Source: Octopus sinensis (lineage: Eukaryota). Taken from it: a stretch of 64,000 nt of DNA. This document shows positions 53,341 to 64,000 of this stretch, in pieces; the stretch's first letter is position 1, and each line of letters starts with the position of its first letter. The notes below the pieces were generated by a model, which was given only the letters and a program-made list of their open reading frames with translations, searched no databases and was not told the origin of the DNA. The stretch is from positions 126,604,001 through 126,668,000 of the forward strand of contig NC_043001.1 in the NCBI RefSeq assembly GCF_006345805.1. The letters are read 5' to 3'. Position numbers and translations under genes: made by a program.

Positions 53341-55189
53341 GTTATGTATGTATGTATGTATGTATGTATGTATGTATGTGTGAGTGTGTGCGCGTATGTG
53401 TGCTTGTGCTGTGTGTGTGTGTGTGTGACCACACCAAAGAAACGGTGTTTAGAGATAAACTTCAAAATCTTTTAAATCTTTTATATCTCCTTAATCCAGG
53501 GCTCTATATATTTGATGGGTCCTAATCCACCAATCACTAATGACACAAAAAAGAAGGCATTTTCCCATCCCTCACCCCCGTAACAATAAGCAACTGGGAT
53601 TTAAAGAAACTAAAATATAAGGGGGTAAAAGAAGAAAAAAACAAGACTTTACAAAACAAGATCAGAAAAGACGGAAAACATATATATATGAGAATAACCC
53701 TGGGCATTCCTGCCATATTTTCCCGCCAATTTTTCTTATGTATATTTCAGTATTTGATTTTCATTTTTGATATATATATATGAAAAGGAGATTCAATTAT
53801 TTCGATAAAATTGCGCGTACACACGCTACAGACACACGCACTTTTTTCTCTTTCTCTCTCTCTATATATATATATCCCTCTCTCTCTCTCTCTCTCTCTC
53901 TCCTTCTCTTTCTCTCAGACACACACTCATATATATAAATGTATATACATACTTTTACATAATACCTGCATATATATGTATGTCTCTATGCGTGTGTGTA
54001 CATATTTATACATGTGTATATATGCATGTATGCATATATGTAAATGCATATATGTATGTGTATGAACATACACACGAATATGCACACATACATGTATGTA
54101 TGCATGTATATATGTTTGTATGTATATGTAAATCTCTGTTGATTCAGCGGAAGCGTTAAATTACAGAACTCAATAAAAATGTAGAGTATTGTGTTAACAT
54201 ATGATAACTGAAATGTTCCAATTTCCATTATTTAGAGTTGCTCGTTTTCGGTAACCGCCTGGCTAAGTCAATAATATACAGTGCAAAGGTTGAATCAAAC
54301 AGCTGTAATCAACTTTGAACATGTATTGGGGTACCGGAATTCTCATCCAAATGCCGTTATTACCAGCAAATATTCATCGTCGAAGGTTATATGGTTCTTG
54401 CGTGAGGCAAGACCTCATGAATTCATGATTATATGGTCTATTGCAGATAATGCGTAACCTTACAGGAACGGGATTCAAATTAACAATATGTTGTGATCTT
54501 TGCTTGGGTGAAAAACTGAGAATTTTTACTCAAGGTATCGATAGTTTGAACAAAAGAAATGACCTGTTAACGTTTTGTATTCATGCGGGTAAGTACTTTT
54601 TTTTGTTTGTTTTTGCAAATACGTGCCTCCTTGAAATTCGTTGTGGATTTGAAATTAAAAAATGTTTAATTAATAAGCTGAATTGATATGTTTCTGAGCG
54701 TGTGTGTGTCTGAGAGAGACAAGCACATGCAAAATGAACACTCGCATACACACTCTTATTTAATTAATTAAAAGTATTAGTTAAAGACATTACTTAAAAG
54801 TATTATTTTGGAACATTGCTTAAACAGCAACGCAATTTCTTGACTTCGATTGTATGGAGTTTATGACGTTTATGATAATATTACCACGTGAACTAAAATT
54901 GAAATCAAGAGCATGAGCTGGAAGCGGCCGTTTCTCGCAGGTGTCGTTCACAAAGGTTTTTTAACGAAAGAACATAAGGATAAGCTTTTCCTTCAGATTT
55001 TCATTTCACATTTCAAAGAAGATTCAGACAGCTCATGCTCAAAAGTAAACCAGGCTCGGTTTACCAGCTGATGATCGGAAACGAGTGACACTGAGTTTTC
55101 TATACGCTGCCTTCTCAGTTTTATTTTTCCCCCGTTTCTTCTATTATTCAATATTTTAGTTCGTCATGATATGTGGTTTGTGCCTGAAG

Positions 55190-55530
55190 AATATGAAGCA
55201 AAACCTCTCAGTGGCGAATACCCAAAGAGAGCTAATAATACCGATGTTGACAAAACCCTTACCCATCAATGGTTAGTGTCTTCTGGCTTAAAGTCAGAAA
55301 CAGAAGGGTTTATCATAGCAGCCCAAAATCGATGCCAACCTACAAGGAACTACCAGGCTAACATAATAAAGAACGGCAAGTCAACAACAAAATGAAACCA
55401 TTGATCATATTATCTCTATGTGCAGTCTTCTTGCGCTAACAGAGCATCTCAACAGGCATGATAGAGCTGCACAATATATTCACTGGGTAATTTGCAAAAA
55501 CCTGGACCTGGCCCATAAAAAAACTGGTGA
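55190..55530 (+). mobile_element. Dong/R4-type LINE fragment
   Basis: KPLSGEYPKRANNTDVDKTLTHQWLVSSGLKSETEGFIIAAQ..NETIDHIISMCSLLALTEHLNRHD; homologous to 62160-62530. Confidence 0.85.
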
Positions 55531-55579
55531 GGACAAATTACAAAGCAAAAGTCAAACATACAATAATAGTAATAGTAAT

Positions 55580-55793
55580 CCTTTCCACTAAAGACACAAA
55601 CCCAGACCTCTGGCAGGAGGGAACTAGTCGATAACACCGATCCCAGTATTCAACAGGTAATTATTTTATTGACCACGAAAGGATGGAAGGCAAAGTCGAA
55701 CTCGGCGGAATTTGAACTCAGAACGTAGCGACGGGCGAAATACCGCTAAGCGTTTCGTCCGTCGCGCTAACGAATCTGCCATCTCGTCGCCTT
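55580..55793 (-). mobile_element. SINE family A
   Basis: GAAGGCAAAGTCGAACTCGGCGGAATTTGAACTCAGAACG..GCTAACGAATCTGCCATCTCG. Confidence 0.85.
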
Positions 55794-56076
55794 AACAACA
55801 ACAACAACAACAACAATAATAATAATTATTATTATTATATTATTATATTATAATTATAATAATAATAATAATAATAACAATAATAATAATAATAATTATT
55901 ATTATTATTATTATTATAATAATAATAATAATAATAATAAAATAATAATAATAATAATAATAATATTGAAGAAGAAGAAAAAGTTGAAGAAGATATTGAA
56001 GAAGAAGAAAGAGGAGGAGGAGGAGGAGAAGGAGATGAAGAAGAAGAAGAAGAAGAAGAAGAAGAAGAAGAAGAAG

Positions 56077-56106
<30 letters not shown>
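55794..56106. repeat. (AAC)/(AAT)/(GAA)n compound microsatellite
   Basis: Direct reading. Confidence 0.95.
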
Positions 56107-56107
<1 letters not shown>

Positions 56108-58071
56108 GGTAGTAGGGGAGGATTAAAGTTGAGTAAAATGATGGAAGACCCCGAATGCGTTTTCGCTTTATCTTTAAACACTGCTTGTCAGTTGGATGAC
56201 CTTTGCTGACTTGACTTATTAAATACAAATCACCACTCACCTTACTCCCTTAGACCCTAACCGCCAACACTTATACCCCTCTCCTCGCTGAACCCTCTAA
56301 GCCTACTTTTAATCACCACCTCCAACACACAACGTACTCATTACACATAGCCCTCTCACTTGACGTCCCAGAATCTTTCTTCGTATCTTCAGCCAAATCC
56401 ATCCTTTTTTTCTGTCACACAAATCCACACGCGCGCGCGCACACAAATATATATTAACACCATTATTGAACCCCTTAATAGTCACCTCTTACTCCGTTGC
56501 AAACAAAGGTTTACTTTCACTAACACCAGTCCTCTCACTCAGCGACACTGAATTCCCTTTCACTCAACGAACCAACTCCCACCATTACCCACACACATCT
56601 ACTACGCTCCCCCACCCAATCTCTTTTGTCACTCCACCTCTCACATTACTCTTGTTACACACCAAACTTACCAATTGTTCTTCTCCTCATACCCACACCA
56701 CTCATTTTGAAAGTAGTATTTTAATGTGTTATCTAAGACCTAATGAACGTAGCCAAGGGTTGAGAAAGTGTGTGCTTGTGTTTATATAGGTGCACGTGTT
56801 TGCGGTTGTGTGTCTACGTGTGTATCATGTGAACATTCAGGCATGCCAGTATCTTTTATCTTTGTAGTCATGGAAAAAAAGCACTGTCCATGACCCTTCA
56901 AACGACCTCTGGCGAGAGGAAGTGAAACGGTCTCTTCAAACTGAAAATCTGACCTGAATGATTGCAATAGATTGGACTTCACTAAAAATACCCAAAGTGC
57001 CAGGTGGTGATATGAAACCGGGACATGGATTAAGTCTGCCACTCATACTACAAGTGAGTTTGCGTTTGTATTTGACAATGTGAGCGTATGTCTCTCTCAT
57101 ATATTATAGTCGCTATTTAGCTCCCGGTGAGTAGGCAAACCTATGGTAAAAAGGCGCTTCAGCATTGATTAATCTGCTCTTTTACCAAAGGATAACACAG
57201 CTACGATATCATTACTCAATGTTTTGCTATTTCTAAGACGGCAAAGTGTGATTTAAAGAAAATTTGTTTGTTATTTCTAGCAGGCCGAACGGCGACGCAG
57301 AGATTGTATCCTTGAATATATGGATGCGTGCAAGCGTATTTATGACTGAATGGTTAAGAATCTCAATTCCAAAGCATGAAATCCGATGTTCGATTTTTCT
57401 ACATGCTATCTTTGCCAGGCGACTTATACCATAAATTTTGGTTAACCCTTACCTTGTTAATAAAGTTGAGTGGACAGAAATAGTTTGGAAGCCCGTTAGA
57501 TGGACTAGAAATTTAACGGATGACGGAATGTACTTATCACGTCGTGTGACAACATTTTCACCAGTGAATTACAGGAAAAGTATACCTGGTTTTGAAATAC
57601 CTGGTTTTGAAATTCAAAGAGTAATTAGTACGGTATGTATGTAATTGTCATAGGTAATTATTCCTTTTTAAGTTAACAGTTTTGACCTCGCTTTGAAATT
57701 AAAGAGGTACATCAAAAGCATTAATCTCTTCGGGCAGAAAAAAATACCTAATCTGGGTGGTTTGTAAACGTCATCAGTGAAAGAATGTTCCTCTTCTGTC
57801 CTCAACGGTATTAATAGTTTTAAATTATTTATAAAATACAACGTATACAAACCCAGCTACCTCAAACTAGTCAGTCTGGTCATTCAATTTTGCATAACAG
57901 TACATGTGCTGAGGACGTTGTTAATTAATCCATTGTGAACAACACAGCAGCCTTAAGCAAATCTATAGCGCATCTTTTATACCAAATCAAAACAATGTAC
58001 ATGATAATATTCCTTCCAGTCAGCTAAGATCAAACGCCATGAGAGCCACTGTACTACATCAGGGCATAAGG

Positions 58072-58296
58072 CAGGGGTGGGCAAACTACGGCCCGCGGGC
58101 CGCATGCGGCCCGCCATAGGTTTTCATGCGGCCCGCCGAGAGGAATATTTCACAAAATTTCCTTTCAATCAATTGTGTGTTTATAGGTCTATAACCGCCT
58201 TTAAAAATATTTTCACTTGATTTTTATAAATGAGGCCCGCCAAGGTTCCAAAGACGCACTGTGCGGCCCGCGATCAAAAAAGTTTGCCCACCCCTG
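58072..58296. mobile_element. hAT (Charlie/Buster-type) MITE with perfect 8-bp TSD
   Basis: TIRs CAGGGGTGGGCAAACT / AGTTTGCCCACCCCTG; subterminal GCGGCCCG repeats; TSD GCATAAGG at 58064-58071 and 58297-58304. Confidence 0.93.
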
Positions 58297-58309
58297 GCAT
58301 AAGGTTATA

Positions 58310-58358
<49 letters not shown>

Positions 58359-58380
58359 ATAAAAGAATTATTATTATTAT

Positions 58381-58430
<50 letters not shown>

Positions 58431-58502
58431 CGTGATAACACTTCCAGCCAGCTAAGATCAAACGCCATGAGAGCCACTGTACTGCATCAGGGCATAAGGC
58501 TA

Positions 58503-58568
<66 letters not shown>

Positions 58569-58586
58569 TACTATTATTATTATTAA

Positions 58587-58920
58587 GGCGCATGGCTCAG
58601 TGGTTAGAGCGTCGAGCTTACGATCGTGAGGTGTGAGCTCGAATCCCGGACCGGCTGCGTGTTGTGTTCTTGAGCAAAGCACTTTATTTCACGTTGCTCC
58701 AGTTCACTCAGCTGTAGAAATGAGTTGCGACGTAACTAGTGCCAAGCTGTATCGACCTTTGTCTTTCCCTTGGATAACACTGGTGGCGTGGAGAGGGGAG
58801 GCTGGTCTGCATGGGCGGCTGCTGGTCTTCCATAAACACCTTGCCCGGACTTGTGTCTAGGAGGGTAACTTTCTAGGTGCAATCCCATGGTCTTTCATGA
58901 CCGAAGGGGTCTTTACCCCC
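58587..58920 (+). mobile_element. SINE family C, full length
   Basis: GGCGCATGGCTCAGTGGTTAGAGCG..GAGCTCGAATCCC..GTTCTTGAGCAAAGCACTTTATTTCAC..GACCGAAGGGGTCTTTACCC. Confidence 0.9.
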
Positions 58921-59000
<80 letters not shown>

Positions 59001-59004
<4 letters not shown>

Positions 59005-59360
59005 TAGTATTATATTTATCCCGTGCTTTCATTGCTCCACCGAGCGCAGCTCTGTGTGCCTTGAGTACGTGCTAGGGTTTGTAGTGATGCCGTTATTGCT
59101 TCTGTATTGAAAGGTTTTACGTTGGATGTGTGCAGTGCCTAGTAGTGATTTTTGCTGTATGATATATATACTTGTTATTCCTGGTGTTTTTGTTATGTAT
59201 TTGTCTGAATATTTTTTCATCATACCTAATGCGCGTACTATGATAGGAATTGTTTTTGTTTTTAGACTCCACTTTCGAGTTACCTCTATTTCCAGATCTT
59301 TGGATTTTGAAAATTTCTCCGTTTCTTTTAGAGAAGCATTGTCATCTATTGGTATTGATG
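59001..59360 (-). mobile_element. 3' end of Dong/R4-type LINE with (TAA)n tail
   Basis: SIPIDDNASLKETEKFSKSKDLEIEVTRKW..TIPIIVRALG..LLGTAHI (RLE C-terminus). Confidence 0.85.
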
Positions 59361-59368
59361 CATTAGAA

Positions 59369-60005
59369 AGGCGGTGAGCTGGCAGAACCGTTAGCATGCC
59401 GGGCGAAATGCGTAGCCGTATTTCGTCTGCCGTTACGTTCTGAGTTCAAATTCCGCCAAGGTCAACTTTGCCTTTCATCCTTTCGGGGCCGATTAAGTAA
59501 GTACCTATTATGTTATTACCCACAAGGGGCTAAACACAGATGGGACAAACAAGGACAGACATAGGTATTAAGTCGATTACATTGACCCCAGTGCGTAACT
59601 GGTACTTAATTTATCGACCCCGAAAGGATGAAAGGCAAAGTCGACCTCGGCGGAATTTGAACTCACAACGTAACGCAGACGAAATACCGCTAAGCATTTC
59701 ACCCGGCGTGCTAACGTTTCTGCCAGCTCGCCGATTAAATAAGTACCAGTTACGCACTGGGGTTGATGTAATCGACTTTATCCGTTTGTCTGTCCTTGTT
59801 TGTCCTCTCTCTGTTTAACCCCTTGTGGGTAGTAAAGAAATAGGTATTTTGCCCGTCGTTACGTTCTGAGTTCAAATTCCGCCGAGGTCGAATTTCCCTT
59901 TCATCCTTCGGGGTCGATAAAATAAGTACCGGTTGTGTACTAGGGTCGATGTATTCGACAATCCCCACCTCCAAATTTCATGCCTTGTGCCTATATTAGA
60001 AAGGA
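59369..60005. mobile_element. Nested SINE family A copies (plus copy interrupted by a minus copy)
   Basis: Plus head at 59369, minus copy 59515-59733, plus body resumes at 59735. Confidence 0.85.
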
Positions 60006-60577
60006 TTATCATTATTATTGTTGTTGTTGTTGTTATTATTATTATTATTCTATCTAATGATTGTCTAAGGCTTGATGCTGATTAGATTGATTGGATTTCT
60101 ATTTCTACGTGGAAATACTATTTGTGGTTTAAACACCGGAAAATATTTACGGTTTGGCAGCAATTACTAAACCTTATAAATTTTAAGGCACATACTCAGT
60201 TAGTCAGTACAATGCACTAACAGTCATATATATATATTCATATATATATATATGTGTGTGTGTGTGTGGATATATCTATATATATATACATACATATATA
60301 TGTCCGTGTGTGTGTGTATCTGTATGTCTGTATTTATACATATATATGTGTGTGTATATGTATATGTATGTTTGTGTGTGTGTATATATATATATACATA
60401 TACATATACATGTATATATATACATACACACACAGACACACAAACACACACACACACACACACACATACATGTATGAATGATTGGATGCATTTCTGCGTG
60501 TGTGTGCGCGTGTGTATTTGGCTGTATGTGGTGTGATTGTGAGTATATTTATCTTTATATTTATATGTATATGTATA

Positions 60578-60990
60578 GGTGCAGGAGTGGCTGTGTGGTA
60601 AGAAGCTTGCTTACCAACCACATGGTTCCGGGTTCAGTCCCACTGCGTGACACCTTGGGGAAGTGTCTTCTTCTATAGCCCCGGACCGACCAATGCCATG
60701 TGAGTGGATTTGGTAGACGGAAACTGGAAGAAGCCTGTCGAATATATGCATATATATATATATATGTATGTGTGTGTATATGTTTGTGTGTCTGTGTTTG
60801 TCCCCCTAGCATTGCTTGACAACCGATGCTGGTGTGTTTATGTCGCCGTCACTTAGCGATCCGGCAAAAAGAGACCGATCGAATAAGTACTGGGCTTACA
60901 AAGAATAAGTCCCGGGGTCGAGTTGCTCGATTAAAAAGGCGGTGCTCCAGCACGGCCGCAGTCAAATGACTGAAACAAGTAAAAAAGAAA
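60578..60990 (+). mobile_element. SINE family B, full length
   Basis: GGTGCAGGAGTGGCTGTGTGGTAAG, GGTTCAGTCCC B-box-like, GACACCTTGGGGAAGTGTCTT CORE-like, internal (TA/TG)n, A-rich tail. Confidence 0.92.
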
Positions 60991-61020
60991 AAAAGAAAAG
61001 AAAATATGTATGTATATATG

Positions 61021-61051
<31 letters not shown>

Positions 61052-61260
61052 TGCCAGTGTGTGTGTGTGTGTGTATTCGTTGACTCCCTAAACAGGATGA
61101 TCAATCCTCAGTACTGACCAAACAGCTGTATCACCTGACGTTTGACAGACATGTCATTTCCCAACTTGTCAAGACAAGGCACGAGCGGGCAGCTGGTTTT
61201 GATGGTGTTAGTGGTTGTACTGGAAGAGACATTATTGGTTGTAATGGTTGTTGCTGCTGC

Positions 61261-61296
<36 letters not shown>

Positions 61297-61794
61297 GGTG
61301 GTGGTTGGTGGTCGTGGCGTTGGTTGTGCTGATGAAAATGATTATAATAGATGTTGCTGTTTTTTTTTTTGTTTAGCTTGATAGAGGTCAACTCTCATAG
61401 GATAGAACTCTGCTCAAATGTGCTCTAACAGTGACCTGCCCACTCTCTTATACTTTCAGTTTATCTAAGGCTACGCTTTCCCCCATTTCTTTTAACGGTG
61501 TGACATGAAATAGATTTAGATGCTGTTTCTAGCATGTCATGCAACGGTATAGAATCTTCTTACTGGAACGTCAATGCGTTTCTGTTGTTGTTGTTGTTGG
61601 TGTGGTGGTGGTGGTGGTGGTTTTAGATAATGTGTCAAATCTAGTCAACCAGACCCGTGGTGGAAAGCGTTTCAGACGTGACCATTCCGCCTTATATATA
61701 GCGTACATTGTCTCCTTTCTCTTTTGAAGACAGTGGGATAGAATTTTCGGTGGAGGAATGTCACTGCTGCTTTTAGGAGGTCAGGTGACCACAA

Positions 61795-63835
61795 GAGCAG
61801 TTCCCATGATCACTATCTTTTGAATTTCTGCCATTCTGGGGTTTCCTGGTATCTCAGCTAGGTAGCAATCAGTCCCTTTTCCTATCATTCTTTAGGCACC
61901 TATGACAACAGCTAGTGTTATAGTTTTGACGTTCCACATTTTGCCAATTTCTATTTCAAGAGCTTTATACTTGCTCAGTTTTTGGTAGGTCTTGACAGAT
62001 ATATTTATGCCAATTGGGATAGTCATATCAATGACGAGGAATGATTTTTGTCTGAAGTCCTTCAATATAATGTCTGACCTATTCGCATCTATCTTTCTGT
62101 GAATTTGAACGGGGAAGTTCCAGAGAAGTGAGATGTGGTCGTTTTCAAGCACTGGAGGTAGTTTGTGTTCCCACCAGTTTTTATCATGGGGCAAGTCCAG
62201 GCTTTTGCAAATTACCCATTGAATATATTGTGCTGCTCTATCATGCCTGTTGAGATATTCTGTAGGCGCATGAAGACTACATATGGAGACAACATGATCA
62301 ATGGTTTCATTTTTTTTGTTTACATACACGACATGTTGGGCTACTGCCGTTCTTTAATGTGTTGGCCTGGTAACTCCTTGTAGGTAAGCATTGATCTTGG
62401 ACTACTGTGATAAACCCTTCAGTTTCTGATTTTAAGCCAGAAGACATTAACCATTGATGGGTAAGGGCTTTATCAACATCAGCATTATAAGCTCTCTTTG
62501 GGTATTTGCCATTGAGAGCTTTTCCAGCCATTTATCAGTAAGAATATCTAAGGTAGCAGTTTTAGCACGGGTTTTCATACGCTTAGCTTTTTCTGTGCTT
62601 GTTTCCAGTAAGTCTAATTCTGGGGTTTGTTGTATTTGGAATTCACTTAGATATTTGTTTGCCCGTTTTGTTATGATGTTTTCTTGTTTTCGTGCATTGA
62701 GACAAGTTTTAATATCCAGTCATCAGAGTTTTTCAGGTAGGGGATTTGGTCAATTGTGGCAATCTTCATTGTTAATTCAAGTTGTAAATGCCCACGACCA
62801 CCCTCTTTTCGTGACAGGTAAAGTCCTTCTATATCTGCCCTAGGGTGGTGCATTCTATGCATTGTTAACAATTTTCATATTTTTCTGTGAAGATTACATA
62901 TTTCTGTAATTGACCAGTAAATGATATTGAAACTGAAAGTCACGACCGGTATGGCTAAAGGAATTGATCGCTTCGATCCTGTTTCTTGCATTCAGCTCTG
63001 TCTTGAGTATTGCTCTTACCCTGCGATAACATTCATTTCTGATCCTTTCCCTCATCATTGAATATTTGAATCCATCAGCTTCAAATACAGCTAGGTATTT
63101 GTAATTTTCCGCTGGTTCTAACTTCTTTATGATATTCTGCTGGTCACGATTAACGTTGGATATTTGTATCATTTTTCCTTTGTTAAAGGTAGCTTTTGCA
63201 CATTTATCGACGCCAAATTTCATCCTGATGTCAGCACTGAATTGTTAACAATTTCTAGTAAGCCATGTAGTTATTGGTCAATTTTGCAAAGAGCTTTAAA
63301 TCATCCATGTAAAAACGATGATTTATATTTTTATCAAACATTTTATAGCCATATTGTACATCATCAAGCAATTTCGAGAGAGGTATTAAGGCTAGCAAAA
63401 GAGGAGTGGTGATAGAGAGTCACGCTGGAAAATGCCACATCAAATACTCACATCTCCAGCATTGAGAGATTCAGTGCCACTGTTCAAAGTCAGTGTGTTT
63501 CTCCATGATCTCAAACTTACACACAAGCAGTTTCGCAGAGGATGTGTTATTTTATATATTACCAGACATTTCTTAACCTAGCTATGTGGTAGACTATCAA
63601 AAGCATTTTTATAGTCTATCCAGGCTATCGACAAGTTTATTTGTCGTTTGTGACAATCTTCCAAGATCATCTTATTGATGAATAGCTGATATTTACAACC
63701 ATAGAACCCACGTTTACATCCTTTTTGTTCATTAAGGAATATACCAATATACTATATGTATATTAAGTCAAGACGGTTGTTAGTATTTTATACATTGTTG
63801 TGAAGCAGGTTATGGGTCTATAATTTTTTGGTTCA

Positions 63836-63838
<3 letters not shown>
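61795..63838 (-). mobile_element. Dong/R4-clade RLE LINE, 5'-truncated and frameshifted (RT + zinc knuckle + restriction-like endonuclease)
   Basis: NEPKNYRPITCF, GIFQRDSLSPLLFC, FYMDDLK, MKFGVDKCA, LYLSRKEGGRG, CRVC..ETIDHVVSIC..RHD, NRSDIILKD..VIDMTIP; abuts (TAA)n at 63838-63917. Confidence 0.92.
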
Positions 63839-63917
<79 letters not shown>

Positions 63918-64000
63918 GAGTGACAAAGCAGTGCATGCCATCAAAGTGACACTAGGGTACAAATATACGAAGCCCTGTATACCCATCATGACTACCCATC

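Noticed and set aside
55062-55095. CTGATGATCGGAAAC hammerhead-like string
   Set aside because: No closing stem I or NUH site in the right position
58587-58650. tRNA gene-like sequences (also 48277, 5460, 9570, 60578)
   Set aside because: A/B boxes are present but there is no complete cloverleaf and each continues into a SINE body; they are SINE heads

Overview
AT-rich, repeat-saturated animal DNA. The SINE families and microsatellite load look like an octopus genome (inference from recognition, not a database result). No intact host protein-coding gene is supportable; nearly all ORFs in the track are microsatellite read-throughs or transposon debris. The window holds many tRNA-derived SINEs of at least five families, degenerate Dong/R4-type and CR1/L2-type LINEs, a Helitron remnant with a PIF1-like helicase and an intact hairpin+CTAG 3' end, several Tc1/mariner relics and hAT MITEs. 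The most interesting signal is a set of minimal Type I hammerhead ribozyme (HHR) motifs sitting in (AT)n tracts. (1) A near-perfect 352/353-bp tandem array at 27513-28283 has one HHR per unit and many local hairpins, the architecture of a non-LTR retrozyme that could yield a ~352-nt circular RNA. (2) A ~800-bp palindrome at 7965-8764 has an intact HHR core in each arm, resembling an inverted Penelope-like pLTR. (3) Further single or degenerate HHR-like motifs occur near 39.2 kb, 43.1 kb, 38.5-39 kb and 49.9 kb.
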